Assembly (NCBI GenBank): GCA_019358935.1
Contig: JAHHIK010000014.1
Location: forward strand, 1 to 64,000
DNA from: Tolypothrix carrinoi HA7290-LM1
GTDB taxonomy: Bacteria; Cyanobacteriota; Cyanobacteriia; Cyanobacteriales; Nostocaceae
Reading direction: 5' to 3'
DNA: 64,000 nucleotides
Shown: in pieces, positions 58,621 through 64,000 of the stretch
How the letters are laid out: each line of letters opens with the position of its first letter
How positions within the stretch are numbered: position 1 is the stretch's first letter
Position numbers and translations under genes: made by a program
Notes under the pieces: generated by a model
Seen by the model: the letters and a program-made list of their open reading frames with translations, nothing else
Told to the model about the DNA's origin: nothing
The model's database searches: none

Positions 58621-60324
58621 TCAAAACTTACCTAATTCCCAATTGTAATTAAGAGTAAAGAACCAGCCATCAAAATTAATATTTTGGTCGGTAGAACCAC
58701 CTAAGCTGACACCACCTTGCAAGCTGACATTAGTGGAGTCAGATATTCCATAAGTTAGGTGAGTATATAACCGATGATATTGGTCTTCTCGTTGGCGCAG
58801 CGTAAAGTCTGACAAATTAAACTGGTAGTCAAGACCAACTTGCAGCGATCTTAACCAGTAGTAGCTCAAAGAAAGTAACAAAGAATTGTTTATCCGATTA
58901 CGACTGTCTGGATCGGCAAAATTAAAACGTAATTCATAAAAGCTGTCTAGCACCAACCTTTGAGTTAGGGGATCTCGCCGTCCTAAAGACAGACGCACAG
59001 AATTTTCATTTAAAAAGCGATCGCCTGCCGAAAAGAAATCGCCATCCTTCGCATAAAACAACTGTTGATTGCTCCAACCGAGTTCACCATACATCCGCCG
59101 TGATAGCTGTTGATAAATACTTAGATAGAATCTCACCTGGTTGTAATTAAATTGTGATTGATCTATATAAAAAATCAAATTGCCATCAATTCCCGCACTT
59201 AAATAAGTCTTAGGTCCCAAGGCTAAAGGTGCAGAGGCTAGTGTCAGCCCAGAAAAAACCAAGCCATCCTGTATGGGATCAACTTCTGACGAAAAAATAT
59301 TATTTGTTGCAAAAAATCCCACATAACCTCGTAGGGAGCCTATGGGCTTAAACTTAGCCACAGGCTGTGCTGGCAGTGGCGGTTGTTCTACTGTTGGTGG
59401 TAATTGTATGGGTCTCGCCCGTATCTCAATTTCCGCAGAGCTATCATAATCAGGTATGGGTCTTGCCCGTATCTCAATTTCCGCAGAGCTATCTGATGGC
59501 GGTAATGTTTCTTTGCCCTCTTGCAGCCGACGTATGAGCCTGTCTAGTCTTTCGGAGTTAGTTAAAGGTGGTTTCTCCAACAATTGCTCTATTGGTGTTG
59601 GGGAAGTTTGGGGAAAATCGTTTGGCTGTCCTTCTAACTGTGGTGGCTCATTGCGCTGAACAGAAGTGCTAGGAATGTTTCTTGGTTCTTCCCTTGGTGG
59701 GGGATTTGGTGGATTTGGTGGATTTGGTGGCGGGGGATTTGGTGGCGGTGTGTCTTTTGGTGGCGGTTGCTGTGAGTATAAAAGCGAATTACAGACTGAG
59801 GAGCCAACGCCGTACGAAGACCAGTTGTAGCCACTGGCGTTGCCCAGTTCAAGCCCATGATTAAAGTTAGCGGTTTCAGACGTTGTACTGAGTTGAAAGT
59901 ACTTGATATTTTCTTTCTCAGCAGCGTAGACGCGAAGCGGTGAGGGGGTCGCAGTCAAGAGGACGCCACTTGCGTGACTGTCGGCACGCGATAGCGCAGT
60001 GGCTCCGCTTCCCGTCGATTGCGATAGCGAAGCGTTAGCGAGTCTTCTCCCAAGGGGAGACGCCAAGGGCGAACGAGCGTCACCCCCTCTCCCGTTGGGC
60101 TTGTCGTCAGACATCGCTTTCAAATTAGTATTTTTATGACATGGCTGATGTGTTTCTTCTTTGACAGCCATAGATGATATGATTGATACGATCGCGTTGT
60201 TACGCTCCGGTGTATCTGAATTTGCAGCTAGCGTCGCATCTACTTGGGTGATGCAACACCAGTTTGCACCACTGTACGCTAAGAAAGTCCAAAATAAGAG
60301 ATTTTTCCGGAACTTGGGTTGCAT
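58621..60324 (-). CDS. Hypothetical exported protein with a probable C-terminal outer-membrane beta-barrel
   Basis: Pro-rich N-terminal half, alternating aromatic beta strands and terminal YNWELGKF. Confidence 0.65.
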   Translation of the reverse strand: MQPKFRKNLLFWTFLAYSGANWCCITQVDATLAANSDTPERNNAIVSIISSMAVKEETHQPCHKNTNLKAMSDDKPNGRGGDARSPLASPLGRRLANASLSQSTGSGATALSRADSHASGVLLTATPSPLRVYAAEKENIKYFQLSTTSETANFNHGLELGNASGYNWSSYGVGSSVCNSLLYSQQPPPKDTPPPNPPPPNPPNPPNPPPREEPRNIPSTSVQRNEPPQLEGQPNDFPQTSPTPIEQLLEKPPLTNSERLDRLIRRLQEGKETLPPSDSSAEIEIRARPIPDYDSSAEIEIRARPIQLPPTVEQPPLPAQPVAKFKPIGSLRGYVGFFATNNIFSSEVDPIQDGLVFSGLTLASAPLALGPKTYLSAGIDGNLIFYIDQSQFNYNQVRFYLSIYQQLSRRMYGELGWSNQQLFYAKDGDFFSAGDRFLNENSVRLSLGRRDPLTQRLVLDSFYELRFNFADPDSRNRINNSLLLSLSYYWLRSLQVGLDYQFNLSDFTLRQREDQYHRLYTHLTYGISDSTNVSLQGGVSLGGSTDQNINFDGWFFTLNYNWELGKF

Positions 60325-60677
60325 CTTTAATCGCGTTTGCCAAACTTAGACCCACAAGCTTACTAGGAAGTTTCTGCTAAAAATGTTAAATTTTTGAGCC
60401 AATTTAACGACGGTATAAGACTTTCTCCTAAGTCATAAAAAAAAATGATAATTACTACACTTTCTTATTCAGTTAAATTATGAATTTATCTGAACAAGTT
60501 AAACGACATATGTAGTATAATAGTACATTTACGTGTTTTACCTTTAAAGTTTTAAATAAAATTTAAGGAAATATGCGTAAATCAACTGGTTATAACAATT
60601 AGCAGGCTTAAACCTTTAATATCAGAAGCTGTGTTGAACTGGCTTGGTATCAGTTAAATATTTAGAGATTCCAAACT

Positions 60678-62309
60678 ATGTTGCGTAAATTATTACCACT
60701 TTTAGTCATTGGTGTGTGGGGAATTACGGTGGTGTCTTTGCCTCTTGAGGCAAGTGCGACAACACCTCTAACTCGTGCGGAGATTGAAAAAATCCGCAAC
60801 TTAGTGCAACTGAAGCCAAAAAATAGACAGCAGCGTCCGGCACGTTCATCAGATGCAATGTTTCCTGGGGATGGAGTGTCCACAGGTAGAGCTTCTCTAG
60901 CAGAGTTGCGTTTCAACGATCGCTCTTTAGCACGAGTTGGAGAACAAGCAGTATTTCAATTTTTGCCGAAGACGCGAAACTTTAAATTGTCCAACGGGAC
61001 TGTATTGCTACTCATCCCACCCAAGCAAGGGCGAACACGTATACAAACGCCAAATGCAGCAGCAGCAATTCGCGGTTCCGCATTATTCGTGCGCTATGAC
61101 GAACAAACAGATACTACAGTAGTTGGCGCACTGACAAATAGCGGTATTGAAGTTTCTAATAAAGATGCTTCCCAAAGTCGGGTTCTAGAAGCCGGACAGA
61201 TGCTGGTTATAGTTAAAAATAGAATTCAGGGATTATACGAGTTCGATCTGAGAAATTTTTATGAGAGGAGCGATTTAGTTCGGGGACTTGATTTGGCGAG
61301 AAAAACCGGTGAGCCTAGTCCAGATCCGGCGATCGCTCAAGTTCAAGAGGAAACCACCGCAGCTTTAGCAGCACAGAAGCCAATCACCGGCGCGGGAGTC
61401 ATTGAAAACCCATCTTTTGTAAAGCTTACAGAGAGTTCGCCTACTTCGCCAAGTGCTGCCGATAACAACATTATTAATAACAATTCCGCAGTAGAACCCT
61501 TGGTGGACATAGGACAAATCCTGTCAAATAACGATAAGAAAAAAGACAATTCAAGCGGATCTACACCCGTTACAAATCCACCGATTACAAATCCACCGAT
61601 TACAACTCCACCGATTACAACTCCACCGATTACAAATCCACCGGTTACAACTCCACCGATTACAACTCCACCGATTACAACTCCACCGACTACAACTCCA
61701 CCGATTACAACTCCACCAGTTATACCTCCACAGTCTGAAAGTCCAGGAGAAAGACCACCAGTTACAACCCCACCGATTACAACTCCACCAGTTACAACTC
61801 CACCGGTTACAACTCCACCGATTACAACTCCACCGATTACAACTCCACCGATTACAACTCCACCGATTACAACTCCACCGATTACAACTCCACCGATTAC
61901 AATTCCACCGATTACAACTCCACCGATTACAACTCCACCGATTACAACTCCACCGATTACAACTCCACCGATTACAATTCCACCGATTACAACTCCACCG
62001 ATTACAACTCCACCGATTACAATTCCACCGATTACAACTCCACCGATTACAACTCCACCGATTACAACTCCACCGATTACAACTCCACCGATTACAACTC
62101 CACCGATTACAACTCCACCGATTACAACTCCACCAGTTATAACTCCACCCCAGATAGAGTCACCTACAACTCCACCAGTTATAACTCCACCGATTACAAC
62201 TCCACCGATTACAACTCCACCAGTTATAACTCCACCCCAGATAGAGTCACCTACAACTCCACCAGTTACAACTCCACCAGTTATAACTCCAGTCAAACCA
62301 AGCACATGA
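60678..62309 (+). CDS. FecR-domain protein with a long PPITT repeat tail
   Basis: Signal/TM segment; GDGVSTG..SLAELRFND, IQTPNAAAAIRGS; 15-bp tandem repeat. Confidence 0.85.
   Translation: MLRKLLPLLVIGVWGITVVSLPLEASATTPLTRAEIEKIRNLVQLKPKNRQQRPARSSDAMFPGDGVSTGRASLAELRFNDRSLARVGEQAVFQFLPKTRNFKLSNGTVLLLIPPKQGRTRIQTPNAAAAIRGSALFVRYDEQTDTTVVGALTNSGIEVSNKDASQSRVLEAGQMLVIVKNRIQGLYEFDLRNFYERSDLVRGLDLARKTGEPSPDPAIAQVQEETTAALAAQKPITGAGVIENPSFVKLTESSPTSPSAADNNIINNNSAVEPLVDIGQILSNNDKKKDNSSGSTPVTNPPITNPPITTPPITTPPITNPPVTTPPITTPPITTPPTTTPPITTPPVIPPQSESPGERPPVTTPPITTPPVTTPPVTTPPITTPPITTPPITTPPITTPPITTPPITIPPITTPPITTPPITTPPITTPPITIPPITTPPITTPPITIPPITTPPITTPPITTPPITTPPITTPPITTPPITTPPVITPPQIESPTTPPVITPPITTPPITTPPVITPPQIESPTTPPVTTPPVITPVKPST
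61567..62291 (+). repeat. Coding 15-bp tandem repeat (CCACCGATTACAACT)
   Basis: Roughly 40 near-identical units. Confidence 0.95.
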
Positions 62310-62315
62310 AATTAT

Positions 62316-62340
62316 CCGACTGAATCAAACATTCAGTCGG
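62316..62340. terminator. Hairpin between convergent genes
   Basis: CCGACTGAAT-CAAAC-ATTCAGTCGG. Confidence 0.55.
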
Positions 62341-62444
62341 GTTAAGTGAAGAAACAATTCAAGCAAAGCTACTTTGCAGTTCGCATTTAGCGTTTCAATG
62401 CTGAAGTGCTAATTGCGAACTTTAATTTATTGATGTCCAGCTAA

Positions 62445-64000
62445 CTAATTTTTTCTCTCGAATTTGTCAAATGGTCGTGGAAGAATTGATGTGGAAGATG
62501 GTGGTTGCGGGGTGTCTTCATCTAGCCAAGGTGTGGTGGGAGTGTCTGTATCTTCTAAAGATAAAGTACTTGCCTCATAGTGTCTTTGTTTAGAACTTCT
62601 CAACTCATCAAGCGCTTCCAGAGCTAGGGATGCAGATTGATAGCGTTGTTTAAAGTCATCCAGCACCATTTTACTAAGAATCTGTGCCAAGGCGTGACTG
62701 ACGTTTGCTTTGTCGATCCATTTCAATTCTTCCTCTTCTCTATCTAATTCATGGGGATGTTTGCCAGTCAAGGCTTTAATACCAATCATCCCAACTGCAT
62801 AGATATCACTACTGTATTGCGGACGCCCAAAACATTGTTCGTTTGGTGCATAACCTTTAGTACCAATACCGATGGTAAAGGCTGTTTGCTCTGGATTATC
62901 AAGCAGTTGTGTGGTGACTTTTTTAACGGCACCAAAGTCAATTAGTACGAGTTTACCGTCATCTCGGCGCATGATGTTGCTGGGTTTAATATCCCGATGA
63001 ATTACGCCGTTGTCATGAACAAATGCTAATGTTTGCAATAAGTCACGCAACATCTCGATAACTGCGGTTTCGGGTATGAGTCTACCTGCTGGAAGTTCCT
63101 GATTGAGAGGATGACCGATTATGTATTCTTGAATTAAGTAAAATTCTTCGTCTTCTTCAAAATAAGCCAATAACTGAGGAATTTGGGGATGTGTTCCTAG
63201 TTTTTCTAAAGTTTCCGCTTCTGATTTAAACAAACGTCTGGCAATTTCTAAGCTTTCTGATTTGGTATTGCCTGGTTTTAACTGCTTAACAACACATAGC
63301 GGGTTTTGCGGACGTCTGGTATCTTCAGCAATGTAGGTTTCGCTGAATCCTCCTGATCCGAGAACTTTGACAATTTTGTAGCGTCCGTCAAGTATTTTAC
63401 CCGCTATTGCTTTTTCTCTTTGCAGAAGCAGGTCTTGCAGGTCATCTTGCATACTGATAATTTCTTGGGCAAGATGATTAGATGCATGTTTCTGAAGAAT
63501 ATTAACTAATTGGCTTTTTCTTAACTTTTCTTTAGCTACTTCGGTTCCGAGATAAGAAAGTCCGATCGCACCCATCGCCATCATTGGCACTGTAGTCGGT
63601 AAAATTAACTGATTATATAAAAAAATAGAATAACTAATTCCGCCCCAAATCGTTGCTAGGGCACTCATCGCGAAAAATCTAATTATGCCTCGCTTGCTGC
63701 GAGTAACTATCAGCGCACATCCACCAACTAACCCCAGCACAAACAATCCTTGCAGAAATGGATTTTTAATTGCTTGAGCGATCGCTTTTCCTTGCATTAA
63801 AGTGGCGATCGCATTCGCATGAATTTCTACTCCTGCCATTTCTTTACTACTTGGGGCAGCAGCTACTGCATCATAATCATTACTTAACTCGTCGGTTGCC
63901 CCAATCAAAACTATTTTGTCTTTGAAAATTTTTCCTTGCTGTAAATAAGAGTTCCAATTTTCCGGATCGAGTACGTACCAGAAAGGAATATGCTCAAATG
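62445..64000 (-). CDS. CHASE2-domain Ser/Thr protein kinase (5' end outside the window)
   Basis: KIVLIGAT and MAGVEIHANAI (CHASE2 end), three TM segments, LGSGGFS, HRDIKPSN and DFG. Confidence 0.9.
   Translation of the reverse strand, partial: FEHIPFWYVLDPENWNSYLQQGKIFKDKIVLIGATDELSNDYDAVAAAPSSKEMAGVEIHANAIATLMQGKAIAQAIKNPFLQGLFVLGLVGGCALIVTRSKRGIIRFFAMSALATIWGGISYSIFLYNQLILPTTVPMMAMGAIGLSYLGTEVAKEKLRKSQLVNILQKHASNHLAQEIISMQDDLQDLLLQREKAIAGKILDGRYKIVKVLGSGGFSETYIAEDTRRPQNPLCVVKQLKPGNTKSESLEIARRLFKSEAETLEKLGTHPQIPQLLAYFEEDEEFYLIQEYIIGHPLNQELPAGRLIPETAVIEMLRDLLQTLAFVHDNGVIHRDIKPSNIMRRDDGKLVLIDFGAVKKVTTQLLDNPEQTAFTIGIGTKGYAPNEQCFGRPQYSSDIYAVGMIGIKALTGKHPHELDREEEELKWIDKANVSHALAQILSKMVLDDFKQRYQSASLALEALDELRSSKQRHYEASTLSLEDTDTPTTPWLDEDTPQPPSSTSILPRPFDKFERKN

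Noticed and set aside
60511..60527. TGTAGTATAATAGTACA as an NtcA site
   Set aside because: The spacer is 9 nt, not GTA-N8-TAC.
61343..62305. 320-aa GGVVI ORF on the minus strand
   Set aside because: It is the antisense shadow of the PPITT repeat.
1..64000. rRNA, tRNA, CRISPR or an intact transposase/integrase
   Set aside because: None was recognised by eye; a tRNAscan/Rfam run would be needed to exclude small RNAs.

Overview
A 64-kb window from a filamentous, probably heterocyst-forming cyanobacterium. The evidence is abundant HIP1 GCGATCGC, heptamer STRR arrays, petB/petD, cpcS, ctpA and a probable hglK. Most of it is ordinary chromosome: potADB, two tandem PBP2 genes, gmd, pyrD, glmU and signalling genes. 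No rRNA, tRNA or CRISPR array was seen. The strongest signal is a layered set of very small mobile DNA. (1) A 195-bp non-coding element occurs twice, with no difference I could find (1195-1389 + and 57309-57503 -). Each copy sits in sense inside a gene, immediately 3' of TGTTAT, with no target duplication, and ends in TTCAA. These are IS200/IS605-type insertion rules, although no transposase is encoded here. (2) A family of exactly 45-nt hairpin units shows covarying stems and GNRA loops and nests inside STRRs and inside itself. (3) Several 21-24-nt insertions split HIP1 sites inside genes. Other notable structures are a decayed AraC/TonB-receptor cassette between an intact and a degenerate potB 3' end, a PEP-CTERM/O-antigen-ligase cassette between two IS4-type ends, a ParDE-type module next to an xisI remnant, and an outer-membrane barrel/FecR/CHASE2-kinase cluster. 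All calls come from manual reading and recalled family motifs; no searches were run.
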